This document shows, piece by piece, positions 21,399-31,345 of a stretch of DNA of 64,000 nucleotides. Position 1 is the first letter of the stretch. The number at the start of each line of letters is the position of its first letter. The stretch lies in sequence record DRR723986_1863. One strand, given 5' to 3'. The notes below the pieces were generated by a model, which had not been told where the DNA came from, did not search any database, and was given only the letters and a program-made list of their open reading frames with translations. The translations under genes and the position numbers were made by a program.

Positions 21399-22904
21399 AT
21401 GACCCTTTTCAAACCTGAGACCGGCTCTGCCTGCGCCGTCCCCTCTCAACGCCGCAAGACCTGGTTGCGGCTGGGTGCGGGCCTGATGGCGGCGACCCTG
21501 CTGGGTGCCTGTTCCGTCGGCCCCGACTACCAGCGCCCGGATGTCTCCGTGCCCGGCAAGTGGCGCAACACGACAGGCGAAACGCCTGCCTCCGTGCCGC
21601 AACTTGCCAACTGGTGGACGCAGCTGGGCGATGCCCAGCTCAACAGCCTGATCTCGCTCGCGGTTCAGAACAACCTGGATGTCCGCACCGCCAAGGCCAA
21701 GGTGCGTGAAGCCCGGGCCAGTTACAAACAGGCCTCCTCATCGCTCTTTCCGAGCCTTGACGGTGCGGGCGGCGTGACCCGCTCCAAATCGAGTGGGTCC
21801 GACAGCGTCGGCACGCTCTGGAACGGTGGTTTCGATGCCGCCTGGGAGATCGACATCTTCGGCGCCAACCGCCGAGCAAAGGAAGCAGCCAAATACGGTC
21901 TTGATGCTGCCGAGGAAGAGCTGCGGGCAAGCTTGCTGACCCTGATTGGTGACCTTGCCACCAACTATGTCGAAGCGCGCGGCTTTCAGCAGCGGCTGAA
22001 ACTGGCGCAGGACACCGCGAAATCGCAGCAGTCCTCGGCCGATCTCATCCGCAAGCGTTTCCAGGCCGGCTCTTCCTCCGGTCTCGACGTTGCCAACGCG
22101 GAAGGTCAGGCGGCGTCGACAGAGGCCAATATTCCGGCCCTGAAGACAGCTCTTGCCGCTTCCATGCACCGGCTGAGCGTTTTGACCGGTCAACAGCCGA
22201 CTGCCCTTACCGACCGGTTGCTGGCAAGCAGCCGAATTCCGACACCGAAACTGCCGATCCCTGTCGGGATTCCGGCAAGCATCCTGCTGACCCGCCCGGA
22301 CGTTCGCCTGGCTGAACGCCAACTTGCGGAGGCAACCGCGAAAATCGGTCAGGCAACGGCAGCGCGTTATCCCTCCGTCAGCCTGACAGGTTCCATCGGC
22401 ACCGCCGCAGCCGACATTGGCGATCTCGGCAAGAATTCCTCGATCAGCTGGGCCTTCGGCCCGTCGCTGTCCGTGCCGATCTTCAATGCAGGCAAACTGG
22501 CGGCAGGCGTCGAGATTGCCGAAGCCCAGCGCGATCAGTATTTCCTCGCCTACCAGGCATCGGTGCTGACAGCACTGGAAGATGTCGAGAACGCTCTTGT
22601 CGGCTTCACCCAGGAACGCAAGCGTGTCGCCAGTCAGCGGCGTTCGGCGGAAAGCTATAAGTCGGCCGCCGAGCTTTCCAGATCGCTCTACCAGACCGGT
22701 GCCGCCAGCTTCCTCGATGCCCTCGATGCTGAACGCTCGACCTACTCCGCCGAAGACACGCTCATCCAGAGCCGTGTCCGCCTGACCACCTATTACATCG
22801 CCCTGCAAAAGGCGCTTGGCGGCGGCTGGACCGGCAAGGTGGAAACCGACAAGCCGGAAGTGGTCGACAAGAACACCGGCCCGCATTTGTCGGTTGCGTA
22901 CTGA
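21399..22904 (+). CDS. NodT/OprM-family outer membrane efflux lipoprotein
   Basis: Lipobox LLGAC, WEIDIFG, RPDVRLAE, ALGGGW. Confidence 0.93.
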   Translation: MTLFKPETGSACAVPSQRRKTWLRLGAGLMAATLLGACSVGPDYQRPDVSVPGKWRNTTGETPASVPQLANWWTQLGDAQLNSLISLAVQNNLDVRTAKAKVREARASYKQASSSLFPSLDGAGGVTRSKSSGSDSVGTLWNGGFDAAWEIDIFGANRRAKEAAKYGLDAAEEELRASLLTLIGDLATNYVEARGFQQRLKLAQDTAKSQQSSADLIRKRFQAGSSSGLDVANAEGQAASTEANIPALKTALAASMHRLSVLTGQQPTALTDRLLASSRIPTPKLPIPVGIPASILLTRPDVRLAERQLAEATAKIGQATAARYPSVSLTGSIGTAAADIGDLGKNSSISWAFGPSLSVPIFNAGKLAAGVEIAEAQRDQYFLAYQASVLTALEDVENALVGFTQERKRVASQRRSAESYKSAAELSRSLYQTGAASFLDALDAERSTYSAEDTLIQSRVRLTTYYIALQKALGGGWTGKVETDKPEVVDKNTGPHLSVAY

Positions 22905-22954
22905 CGCGACCTCGGTACCACGTTTCGGACTGGGCAAAGGCTTGAAACCCTTGC

Positions 22955-23839
22955 TCAGTCCGTCTTGTTTTTGAAAGCCTGAAGCAAGTCGGCGACCAGC
23001 GGGTTCGGGAAGCGCCGGTGCAGCGTGACGGCGAAGAACTCCTCCTTGAGCCCTTCCAGCCTGCCCAGTTCGATCAGCCGTCCCGAAGCAAGCTCGTCCC
23101 TCACGACGATCGGCGGAATGACGGCAAGCCCCGCGTGCGCGCGCGCAAGCAAGCGGATCATCGCCATGTCGTCGGCTTCCGCGGCAACTTTGGTGACGAC
23201 ACCCAGTTGCTCGACCATCGCGTCGAAAGATGCCCTCAGGGCCGATTCCGGCGTCGGCAGGATCAGCGGCTGCGAAGACAGAAGCTCCGGCAAGGGCAGC
23301 CCCGCCAGATCGGCTGCGGTTGCGGGTCCGATCAGACTGACCGGCTGTTCGGAAAGTCCATGTACGAGATAGGGACTGGAGGCATCCCGGGCTGGCACAA
23401 GGTTCGTCAGGACCACGTCGATCGCCAGTGCTTCCAGGGCCCTCAAAAGGTCTGCCTGCGCTCCGGAGCGCAGCACCACTTCGACGTCCGATCGTCCGAT
23501 CAGGGGTTCCAGGAAGCCGATCTGGAAATTTCGCGAAAGCGTTGCGAGTGCTCCCACCCGCAAAGCCTTGCGCTCGGTGCCCGTGTTGCGCAGGGTCGCC
23601 GTCAGGTCCTCGGCGGTCCGAAAGATCGCTTCCGCGTGATCAAGAGCGATCCGCCCGGCCTCCGTCAGCACCAGACCACGTCCGCGTCGTTCAAACAGAT
23701 CGTGTCCAAGGGAGGCTTCCAGCGTCTTGATCTGCGAGGATAGCGCCGACTGCGACAGGTTCAGCACCCTGGCAGCCCCCGTCAGTGTTCCATCCCGCGC
23801 AACTGCCCGGAAAAGCCGCAGATGATGAAGGTTCAGCAC
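22955..23839 (-). CDS. LysR-family regulator (NhaR-like)
   Basis: LNLHHLRLF...SQSALSSQIKTLE HTH; GTG start; divergent from dabBA. Confidence 0.9.
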   Translation of the reverse strand: MLNLHHLRLFRAVARDGTLTGAARVLNLSQSALSSQIKTLEASLGHDLFERRGRGLVLTEAGRIALDHAEAIFRTAEDLTATLRNTGTERKALRVGALATLSRNFQIGFLEPLIGRSDVEVVLRSGAQADLLRALEALAIDVVLTNLVPARDASSPYLVHGLSEQPVSLIGPATAADLAGLPLPELLSSQPLILPTPESALRASFDAMVEQLGVVTKVAAEADDMAMIRLLARAHAGLAVIPPIVVRDELASGRLIELGRLEGLKEEFFAVTLHRRFPNPLVADLLQAFKNKTD

Positions 23840-23847
23840 GAGAATAC

Positions 23848-23878
23848 TTCCAAATTATAGAACGATTTCGATTATAAT
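23848..23878. promoter_or_regulatory. Probable LysR box region
   Basis: TTC-N9-GAA (T-N11-A) overlapping an ATTATA-N13-TATAAT dyad between lysR and dabB. Confidence 0.45.
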
Positions 23879-23944
23879 ATGTAATTTTTTGCAAGAAAAC
23901 GAGACGGTATATCCACGGCGTCTTTCAGCGTTCGTGAGGTTCCC

Positions 23945-25507
23945 ATGCCGTACCTGTTCCCCCTGCCCCTTCTTGCGCCGGTGCTGTTGCTGGCTTCAGC
24001 GGCCGTTTCAACAATGTGTCCGGGCCGCCGCCCAGGGCTCTATCCCAAGGCTTCGGAAGCAAGTGCATTTATCGCCCTTGTGCTTGCCCTTGCCGGTCTG
24101 GTGCAGCTTCTGGTCTTGGGAGCAACGGAAGCAACCTTGTTCGAAGGTCCGTTTACGCTTGTTGTGCGGCTCGACCCCATCAGCGTGACGATGACCCTGT
24201 TGGTCGCCTTCATCGGCTGGGTGGTGATGCGTTACTCCCGGACCTACCTCGACGGTGAAGCGCGAGAAGGGGCCTTCCACGGCTTGATGCTCACGGCACT
24301 TGCGGCCGTACTGGTGGTCGTCCAGTCGGGCAGCCTGTTCCTGCTTGTCCTCGGCTTTGCCGGGATCGGCCTCTGCCTGCGCAGGCTTCTGCTGTTTTAC
24401 CCGCAGCGCGCCGCCGCCCAACGAGCCGCCACCAAATTTGCGCTTGTCTGGCATGCAGGTGACATCTCGCTGCTGCTGGCCGCGGGGCTGTTCATGGCAA
24501 GCACCGGCACCGCACAGCTTGGACAGCTTTCTGAAACTGTCGGGCCTGATCTCTCCTTCGCCGAACATCTGGCTGTGGTGTTCCTGGTGCTGGCAGCCGT
24601 GCTGAAAACGGCCGCCTTCCCCCTGCACGGCTGGCTGACGGAAGTCATGGAGGCGCCGACCCCGGTTTCCGCCCTGCTTCATGCAGGCATCATCAATGCC
24701 GGCGGGTTTCTTCTGATCAGGACGGCAGATCTGGTTCAGGCCAGTCCTGGCGCCATGGGCACGCTCGTGGCTCTTGGTGGCCTGACCGCTCTCTTCGGGG
24801 CAGTGGTCATGCTGACCCAAAGCGCGGTGAAGACAGCCCTTGCCTGGTCAACGATTTCCCAGATGGGTTTCATGCTGTTGCAGTGTGGTCTCGGTCTTTG
24901 GCCACTCGCGCTGCTCCATGTGGTCGCGCACTCCCTCTACAAGGCACATGCCTTCCTGTCCTCGGGTGGAGCGGTTCTGGCCGTGGCCAAGCTGCGGCGT
25001 CCCGGCCCGATCGCAATCCCCAGCGTTGCCAACGTGCTCCGGTCCTTCGCGATCGCCTTGTTTCTCTACGCGATAGTCTCCTTCGCCTTCTCGATGATCG
25101 CAGGCCCGAAAACCCCTCAGGCGCTTGCCATTGGGGCAATGCTCATCTTCGGTGTGGCCTATCTGGTGGCGCAAGGTCTTGCAGATGCGGCCCCCGCTGA
25201 ACTGACGTATCGCACCTCGCTGGCCGCAGTCATCGTTGCCTTTGCCTATTTCGGCTTCCAGCAGCTTGCCAACCTTCTGTGGGGCGCAGCTCTGCCGCAG
25301 GCACCTGTCGCCGGCCCCCTCGAATGGGCACTGATCGTCCTGGCAGTGCTTTCCTTCGGCATCGTTGCCGTTGCGCAGACGCTTTTCCCGCTCTGGTCAC
25401 ACCATCCGTCGACCGCCGGCTTGCGCGTTCACATCGCCAACGGCCTTTACCTCAACGCCCTCCTCGACCGCTTTATCGGCGGATACCGGGTTGCAAACTC
25501 CAAGTAA
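23945..25507 (+). CDS. dabB: DAB inorganic carbon pump membrane subunit (NuoL/ND5-like)
   Basis: PLHGWLTEVMEAPTPVSALLHAG, STISQMGFM, HSLYKA; immediately upstream of a DUF2309 gene. Confidence 0.88.
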   Translation: MPYLFPLPLLAPVLLLASAAVSTMCPGRRPGLYPKASEASAFIALVLALAGLVQLLVLGATEATLFEGPFTLVVRLDPISVTMTLLVAFIGWVVMRYSRTYLDGEAREGAFHGLMLTALAAVLVVVQSGSLFLLVLGFAGIGLCLRRLLLFYPQRAAAQRAATKFALVWHAGDISLLLAAGLFMASTGTAQLGQLSETVGPDLSFAEHLAVVFLVLAAVLKTAAFPLHGWLTEVMEAPTPVSALLHAGIINAGGFLLIRTADLVQASPGAMGTLVALGGLTALFGAVVMLTQSAVKTALAWSTISQMGFMLLQCGLGLWPLALLHVVAHSLYKAHAFLSSGGAVLAVAKLRRPGPIAIPSVANVLRSFAIALFLYAIVSFAFSMIAGPKTPQALAIGAMLIFGVAYLVAQGLADAAPAELTYRTSLAAVIVAFAYFGFQQLANLLWGAALPQAPVAGPLEWALIVLAVLSFGIVAVAQTLFPLWSHHPSTAGLRVHIANGLYLNALLDRFIGGYRVANSK

Positions 25508-25522
25508 GACGAGGCACTTCAG

Positions 25523-27901
25523 ATGTTTATCAAGCACACCCAATTCAGCTCGCTACGGGTTTCGGGCATCCTCGAGGCAGGCACGTCAGCCATAAGGGCC
25601 ATCCCGCCCGCCTTTCCGCTGGATGCAACCGTTGCCGTCAATCCCTTCCTCGGCCAGGTTGGAGAAGGCCTCGCGGAAGCATCCACGCGCCTTGCCAGAA
25701 CGAGCGGCATCAGCCTGACCCGGCCCAGAAGCAGCTACGGCGCCGAGATCGCCTGTGGCCGCATCTTGGATGAAGACCTGACGGCCGCCCTTGAGGCAAG
25801 CAACGCCGGCAACAAGCCGGCGGATGTCGCGCAGCTCAAGGCATTCGCCCAAATGGATGGACCGGCACCGACAGCCGTACCAACCATTGCCGAACTCGCA
25901 GCTTCTGTATCCGGCATCGACTGGCCGTCGGTTATCGAAAAAACCGTTGGTCTGTGGGCCGCCGGTTACTTCGACCGCGGCCAGGCGCTTTGGTCTCCAG
26001 CCCCGGGTGAGGGCGCTTATGCTGCCTGGCGGTCCTGGGCGAGCCGTGACCTGACACCCGAAATTGCCGGACTGACGGGGTTCTGCTCCCATGTAACCAC
26101 GTCTCCGGACACTTCCGAACAGGCAATCCTGCGGGTAACCGACCGGCTGGGCATCAGCGTTCCGGCTGCCGAAACCCTGTTTCACCGGCTGCTGATGGAC
26201 CTGGGAGGCTGGGCGCAGCATGCACGCTGGCTGCTGTGGCAGGCAGAACAGGACGGCACCACGGACGGCACGCTCGGCGACCTGCTGGCCGTCCGGTTGA
26301 TCTGGGAAGAGGCGCTTTTCAACCGCTTCCCGGCTGTCGCCGACCAATGGCAGGCCACGCTTCAGCTTCACGCTGCACCTCTTGTTCCGGATCGGGGCCA
26401 GGTTATCGATGCCATATTGCAGGACGCGGCAGAGCGGGCATACCAGCGGTCTCTCGGCCAACAGTTGAAGGCGCAGACAAAGAACACCGGGGAGCGCCCT
26501 GCCCTTCAGGCGGCGTTCTGCATCGACGTGCGCTCGGAAGTCTTCCGGCGGGCGCTGGAAAACCAGAGCCCATCGATCGAAACACTCGGGTTTGCGGGTT
26601 TCTTCGGTCTTCCTGCTGCTCACAGGGACCACGGCTCCGATGTTGAAGAAAATCACCTGCCGGTCTTGCTGAAACCGTCCATGACCTCAACTTGCCACGG
26701 TTCTCCCAATGAGGAAAAGACGGCACGCATTGGTGCGCGGGCCATACGGGCACTGGACAGGTTCCGCCAGGCCGCTGTCTCGTCCTTCGCCTATGTGGAA
26801 GCTGCCGGCCCACTGTATGTCACCAAGCTGGTGAAGGATTCTCTCGGCCGCCCCACAAGGAAGGTCTCAACGAGTGCCGCCCCCAGGCTCGACCCGGCGC
26901 TTGATGCCGAGACGAAATCAGCGACTGCCGCTGCGGTCCTGAAGGCCATGAGCCTCACGAACGATCATGCGCAGGTGGTTCTGCTTGTTGGCCACGGAGC
27001 CAATGTGAAAAACAATCCGCATGAAAGCGCTTATCATTGCGGCGCATGCGGTGGTCATTCAGGTGAAGTTTCAGCGCGGTTGCTTGCAAGCTTGCTGAAC
27101 GATGCCGAAACCCGCTCCGGCCTTGCCGCTCACGGTATCGACCTTCCTGACGACACCCGGTTTGTCGCGGCGCTCCACGACACGACAACGGACGAGATCA
27201 CCCTGTTCGACAAGGACCAATCCGGCCCGGTGGATGAATTCGAACTTCTGCAAAAATGGTTGAAACGGGCGGGAGCCGAGGCACGGGCCGAGCGCGCCTT
27301 GCGCTTGCCGGGCACGAATGCTGCCTCCATTGCTGCCAGAGCATTCAACTGGGCCGAAATCAGGCCGGAGTGGGGACTTGCAGACTGTGCCGCGTTCATC
27401 GCTGCCCCCAGACATCTGACATCGAAGGCCAATCTGGAAGGCCGGGCCTTCCTTCACAGCTACGACTGGCAATCGGACGAGGACTTCAAGACGCTTGAAC
27501 TCATCCTCACCGCCCCGGTGGTCGTGGCGAGCTGGATCAGCCTTCAATACTATGGCTCTTCAGTCGCGCCGGATGTCTTCGGTGGCGGCAACAAACTCAT
27601 TCACAATGTGGTTGGCGGCATTGGCGTTGTGGAAGGCAACGGCGGGCGCCTGCGGCCCGGCCTACCTGCACAGGCACTGCATGATGGCGAGAAAGGGATG
27701 CATACCCCTCTCCGGTTGTCGGTTCTGATCGAAGCCCCCGAAGAGGCAATATCTGCCATTCTGGATGCGCACCCGGATGTTCGGAACCTTTTCGAACACG
27801 GCTGGCTGCATCTGTTCACGCTTCGGAACGGACGTACGGCCGCGCGCTACCAGCCGGACGGTTCTTGGGCAGAGGAAGAGATGAACCGCCAGGCTGCCTG
27901 A
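25523..27901 (+). CDS. dabA: DAB inorganic carbon pump soluble subunit (DUF2309)
   Basis: VAVNPF, FCIDVRSE, GFAGFFG, GHG, CGACGG zinc ligands, RPEWGL. Confidence 0.92.
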   Translation: MFIKHTQFSSLRVSGILEAGTSAIRAIPPAFPLDATVAVNPFLGQVGEGLAEASTRLARTSGISLTRPRSSYGAEIACGRILDEDLTAALEASNAGNKPADVAQLKAFAQMDGPAPTAVPTIAELAASVSGIDWPSVIEKTVGLWAAGYFDRGQALWSPAPGEGAYAAWRSWASRDLTPEIAGLTGFCSHVTTSPDTSEQAILRVTDRLGISVPAAETLFHRLLMDLGGWAQHARWLLWQAEQDGTTDGTLGDLLAVRLIWEEALFNRFPAVADQWQATLQLHAAPLVPDRGQVIDAILQDAAERAYQRSLGQQLKAQTKNTGERPALQAAFCIDVRSEVFRRALENQSPSIETLGFAGFFGLPAAHRDHGSDVEENHLPVLLKPSMTSTCHGSPNEEKTARIGARAIRALDRFRQAAVSSFAYVEAAGPLYVTKLVKDSLGRPTRKVSTSAAPRLDPALDAETKSATAAAVLKAMSLTNDHAQVVLLVGHGANVKNNPHESAYHCGACGGHSGEVSARLLASLLNDAETRSGLAAHGIDLPDDTRFVAALHDTTTDEITLFDKDQSGPVDEFELLQKWLKRAGAEARAERALRLPGTNAASIAARAFNWAEIRPEWGLADCAAFIAAPRHLTSKANLEGRAFLHSYDWQSDEDFKTLELILTAPVVVASWISLQYYGSSVAPDVFGGGNKLIHNVVGGIGVVEGNGGRLRPGLPAQALHDGEKGMHTPLRLSVLIEAPEEAISAILDAHPDVRNLFEHGWLHLFTLRNGRTAARYQPDGSWAEEEMNRQAA

Positions 27902-27956
27902 ACCTGAAAGGGCAGGTCCGGTGACCGGTGGTCGCTGGACCTGTAGGGGGCTCCGG

Positions 27957-28640
27957 CTATCCCTCTTCCTCGCAAGGCTCGGTTGCCAGGAAAGCACGCA
28001 GTCCTCTTGTCTCGTCGTCCTCGAAAACCCTGCTTGTGACACTCAGTCTTACGACACGATCGAAACGGAAGGTGCGGAAGGCCTGCCGCATTTCGCACCA
28101 CGCACTGAACATCCACCCGTCTGTCATGTTCCAGATGACAAGCGGGCGGACGCTGCGCTCCGTGGGTTTTCCATCGGCATCCTCGTAACAAATATCGACA
28201 ACGAGCTGCATCCGGATGGCCTCGCGGACCAGACTGACGGTCGGTGGGGCGCTGTTCTTGATCTGCAGGCTGAAATACGGCGCGTCGGCCAGCTTGCGTT
28301 TATCGGGATCCGGCATGCCGGCCTGGATCATGGCCCGCACTTCATGTGCCGCCGATGCCAGCGCCGGGTCGCCCGTGCGTTCCACAAAGGAAAGGCCGAT
28401 CGCCAGCGCATCGACCTGATCATGGGTAAACGTCATGTTGGGCAGATCGAAGCCCGGACGCAGCAGATAGCCGATGCCGGCCTCCCCTTCGATGGGAAGG
28501 CCGGACGCCTGAAGGTGGGCGATGTCCCGGTAAATCGTGCTGAGGCTGACTTCGAACCGTTCGGCAAGTTCTGCGCCCCGGATTACGTCGCGGGTCCGCA
28601 TCTCGTTGATGATCCGAAACAGTCTTTCCGCGCGTCGCAT
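27957..28640 (-). CDS. HTH-WYL transcriptional regulator (YafY-like)
   Basis: MRRAERLFRII, VSLSTIYRDI, AWCEMRQAFRTFRFDR. Confidence 0.92.
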   Translation of the reverse strand: MRRAERLFRIINEMRTRDVIRGAELAERFEVSLSTIYRDIAHLQASGLPIEGEAGIGYLLRPGFDLPNMTFTHDQVDALAIGLSFVERTGDPALASAAHEVRAMIQAGMPDPDKRKLADAPYFSLQIKNSAPPTVSLVREAIRMQLVVDICYEDADGKPTERSVRPLVIWNMTDGWMFSAWCEMRQAFRTFRFDRVVRLSVTSRVFEDDETRGLRAFLATEPCEEEG

Positions 28641-28705
28641 TCCGTTTCCTCACGCTCCAGAAAACCGGATGCAGCCGCTTCGAAGCTGCGTTCAGGTGTC
28701 GGGCC

Positions 28706-29101
28706 TCAGTCGGCAGCGGTCGCTTCGATCTCGAACATGAGAGGAGGAAGCGCAAGCCGGCTCACGCCAAGTAGTGTCATTGGCGGCGCAGCGTCAAGAC
28801 GGCCGAACCGCGCTCCCAGGACGTCGAAGTTCTTCAGGGCCTCGTCCACATCCGTTGTGTAGACCTTGACCTGAATGACATTGGCCAGGGTCATCCGCGC
28901 TTCGGCCAGTACGGCTTCCAGGTTGTTCAGTGAAAGCTCGATCTGACCGCGCATATCCGCGGCATGCTGAGGATTTCCCTCCCCGTCGACAGCGGTCTGT
29001 CCGGCGCAGATCAGCTGCCTGCCCATGCCTTCAACAATTTCGGCCTGATTGTAGCCGAGCCTGAGCGACCAGGGCCAGGGATTGACGGGAGTTCTGTTCA
29101 T
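28706..29101 (-). CDS. RidA/YjgF-family protein
   Basis: CAGQTA, NLEAVL, PPMTLLGVSRLA, EIEATA. Confidence 0.88.
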   Translation of the reverse strand: MNRTPVNPWPWSLRLGYNQAEIVEGMGRQLICAGQTAVDGEGNPQHAADMRGQIELSLNNLEAVLAEARMTLANVIQVKVYTTDVDEALKNFDVLGARFGRLDAAPPMTLLGVSRLALPPLMFEIEATAAD

Positions 29102-29152
29102 GGGGCGTCCTTTCGATCTTCCAAAACAAGAGAACGCCTATCAACCACAGGC

Positions 29153-29176
29153 CTCCTGTCACCGTGGTGAGAGGAG
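29153..29176. promoter_or_regulatory. Palindrome upstream of ridA-WYL, probable WYL operator
   Basis: CTCCTGTCAC-CGTG-GTGAGAGGAG, 9 of 10 positions paired. Confidence 0.55.
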
Positions 29177-29317
29177 AGTTTGTACCCGGGCCGAATTTTT
29201 CGAGAACGGGGCCTTGCCCTGCGCAAAAAGACATCCTGCGTTCTTGCAAACGCAGGATGCTTGCGCGCCGGTTTCCCCTGCCATGCAGGCGGGAACGGCA
29301 GGCAGGGAAATGCCGGC

Positions 29318-29749
29318 TTACTTCGCGAGCTTGGGGTCGATCTGCCAGACTTCGCTTGCCAGTTTGCCGTTCCGATAGGTCAGGACGTAGCGGACCGGGA
29401 TCGTGTTCTTGCCGGAAAAGCGCACATTGGCGGTCACCGTCACGCCAGCTGGATTTGCGTTTTCCTGAACATTCGAGACATCGACCTTCAGCTTGCCCTG
29501 CGCGCCTGTGAACTTGGCCCAGACCGTGCCTATGTCTGCAGCACCGGTATAGACACCATCCAGCGGGCCACCGACCCATTCCAGCACGGCCTTGTCGGAA
29601 TAGGACGCCTTGAGGGCATCGACCTTGCCGGTTGCGATGTTGTTGAAATGGGTACGTGCCAGGTCTTCACCCGGCCCGGCCAGGGCTGCGGATGCAAACA
29701 GAACCGTACCTGCGAAGGCAGTAGCGGCAAATTGACTGATCGGCTTCAT
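29318..29749 (-). CDS. Secreted SnoaL/NTF2-like protein
   Basis: RBS GGAG, ATG 29749, signal peptide ending ALA, LEWVGGPLDG, SEVWQID. Confidence 0.8.
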   Translation of the reverse strand: MKPISQFAATAFAGTVLFASAALAGPGEDLARTHFNNIATGKVDALKASYSDKAVLEWVGGPLDGVYTGAADIGTVWAKFTGAQGKLKVDVSNVQENANPAGVTVTANVRFSGKNTIPVRYVLTYRNGKLASEVWQIDPKLAK

Positions 29750-29805
29750 TTCAGATCTCCATTCGTTCACTGTTCCAGATGCGATCGGCCGCATCCGGTG
29801 CTGTC

Positions 29806-29831
29806 CACGCAGATGGCGGTGTTTTCCTTCC
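29806..29831 (-). promoter_or_regulatory. ECF-type promoter GGAAGG-N16-CGTG
   Basis: Same spacing as the two other promoters in this module. Confidence 0.55.
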
Positions 29832-29864
29832 CGAAGGAGCCGAAATTTCTTTTTTGCCGGCGAC

Positions 29865-29890
29865 GGAATAATTCGCGCGGCACAGGCGTT
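29865..29890 (+). promoter_or_regulatory. ECF-type promoter GGAATA-N16-CGTT (sigma autoregulation)
   Basis: ECF-like -35/-10 elements 30 nt upstream of the sigma start. Confidence 0.65.
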
Positions 29891-29920
29891 GGTGTCAGTA
29901 GTGTCCACGAGGAAGAGCTC

Positions 29921-30430
29921 TTGCCCGACAATACCCAAAACCTGCTCAGGGAGACGCCGGCGCTGCATCGATACGCGGTAACGCTGACCTGCGACCAGGC
30001 GGAAGCGGAAGACCTTGTGCAGGACTGCCTGGAACGGGCCTTGCGCAAATGGAGCCTTCGCCGGTCGTCTGTACCACTGCGGCCGTGGCTCTTCCGTATG
30101 ATGCGCAATCTTCACGTCAGCCGCTGGCGGCGCTTGCGGCGCCATTCGAACCATATCGACCTGGACGATCTGGAAAACCAGCTTCAGGCGCCCGCCTCGC
30201 AGCAGGACAGCGCCGAGCTCAAGCATCTGCTGAACCGCATGCTGGCCTTGCCAGAAGACCAGCGCGAAGCACTGTTCCTGGTCGGCGTGGAAGGCTTTAC
30301 CTATGCAGAAGCCGCCGCAATCCTGAACGTTGCCGAAGGAACCATCATGTCGCGCATCAGCCGCGCCCGTGCCAGACTGAGAGAAGACCCCCGCGCCTCC
30401 GAGCGTCCCCATCTAAGGAGCGTGACATGA
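29921..30430 (+). CDS. ECF RNA polymerase sigma factor
   Basis: AEDLVQD, WLFRMMRN, GTIMSRISRAR; TTG start after GAGGAAG. Confidence 0.9.
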   Translation: MPDNTQNLLRETPALHRYAVTLTCDQAEAEDLVQDCLERALRKWSLRRSSVPLRPWLFRMMRNLHVSRWRRLRRHSNHIDLDDLENQLQAPASQQDSAELKHLLNRMLALPEDQREALFLVGVEGFTYAEAAAILNVAEGTIMSRISRARARLREDPRASERPHLRSVT

Positions 30431-31191
30431 ATTCCCAGACGGTGCCTCCCATCCGGGAGGAAGACCTCGTTCGATACGTCGACGACGAGCTGCCTGCGGA
30501 CCGCAGACGCGAGGTCGAAACCTATCTCAGAGACAATCCGGAAGCTGCCGCCCGGGTTGAGGCGGACCGCCGGATCTCGGCAAACCTGAAGACAGCCTAT
30601 TCCCGCGTCACTGCAGAACCTCCCGGCCTGACCGCGCCTTCAGGGGGCAGATGGCTGCCGCGCGCGGGCATGGCCGCCTCCATCGCTGCGGCCCTGCTGG
30701 TTGGCGTCTTTGCCGGCTGGTCCCTGAAACCGGATGCAAGCCTGCCAGCGTATCAGCCCTTCCTGACCGATGCCCTGACGGCTCACCGAACATTCACCGT
30801 TGAGGTTGCCCATCCGGTCGAGGTGGCAGCCAGCGACCAGCGGCATCTGGCAACCTGGCTCGGCAATCGGCTGAACCATCCGTTCCGCATTCCCGATCTG
30901 CGGGTTGCCGGACTGACGCTGATGGGCGGACGCCTGCTGCCCAGCGGGGCGGATCCGGCAGCACAGCTCATGTATGACGATGCGGACGGCAACCGGGTGA
31001 CCGTCTATCTGCGCCGTGGGGTCGACGGTGAACCGAAATTCCAGTTCGCGGAATCCGGCACTGAACAGGCGTTCTTCTGGAGCGACACCGGTTTCACCTA
31101 TGCGGTGACAGGCGACATGCCGCGCTCACAGCTTTTGAACCTTGCCCACCTGATCCAGACCCAGCTTGACCCGGCGCAACAATCGAACTGA
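30427..31191 (+). CDS. Transmembrane anti-sigma factor
   Basis: YVDDEL N-terminal domain, one TM helix, periplasmic HPVEV/GGRLLP/AAQLMY; ATGA overlap with sigma. Confidence 0.88.
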   Translation: MNSQTVPPIREEDLVRYVDDELPADRRREVETYLRDNPEAAARVEADRRISANLKTAYSRVTAEPPGLTAPSGGRWLPRAGMAASIAAALLVGVFAGWSLKPDASLPAYQPFLTDALTAHRTFTVEVAHPVEVAASDQRHLATWLGNRLNHPFRIPDLRVAGLTLMGGRLLPSGADPAAQLMYDDADGNRVTVYLRRGVDGEPKFQFAESGTEQAFFWSDTGFTYAVTGDMPRSQLLNLAHLIQTQLDPAQQSN

Positions 31192-31244
31192 AAGTCGCCA
31201 GATCTTTCTGAAAGAGACCTCGCGCTTTCGTGACCCAGCTCTTG

Positions 31245-31270
31245 GGAAGACCAGGCAGCCGGCCGGCGTA
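31245..31270 (+). promoter_or_regulatory. ECF-type promoter GGAAGA-N16-CGTA
   Basis: Same architecture as 29865-29890, upstream of the AcfC-like gene. Confidence 0.55.
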
Positions 31271-31345
31271 GTCAGGTGCGGGGGCGGTGCAAGACCGCCT
31301 CCGGCGCGCATGCGTCACATGCCAACAGAATTCAGGAATTCCGAT

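Noticed and set aside
23945-25507. nuoL or Mrp antiporter subunit
   Set aside because: It stands alone next to DUF2309, which indicates DabB
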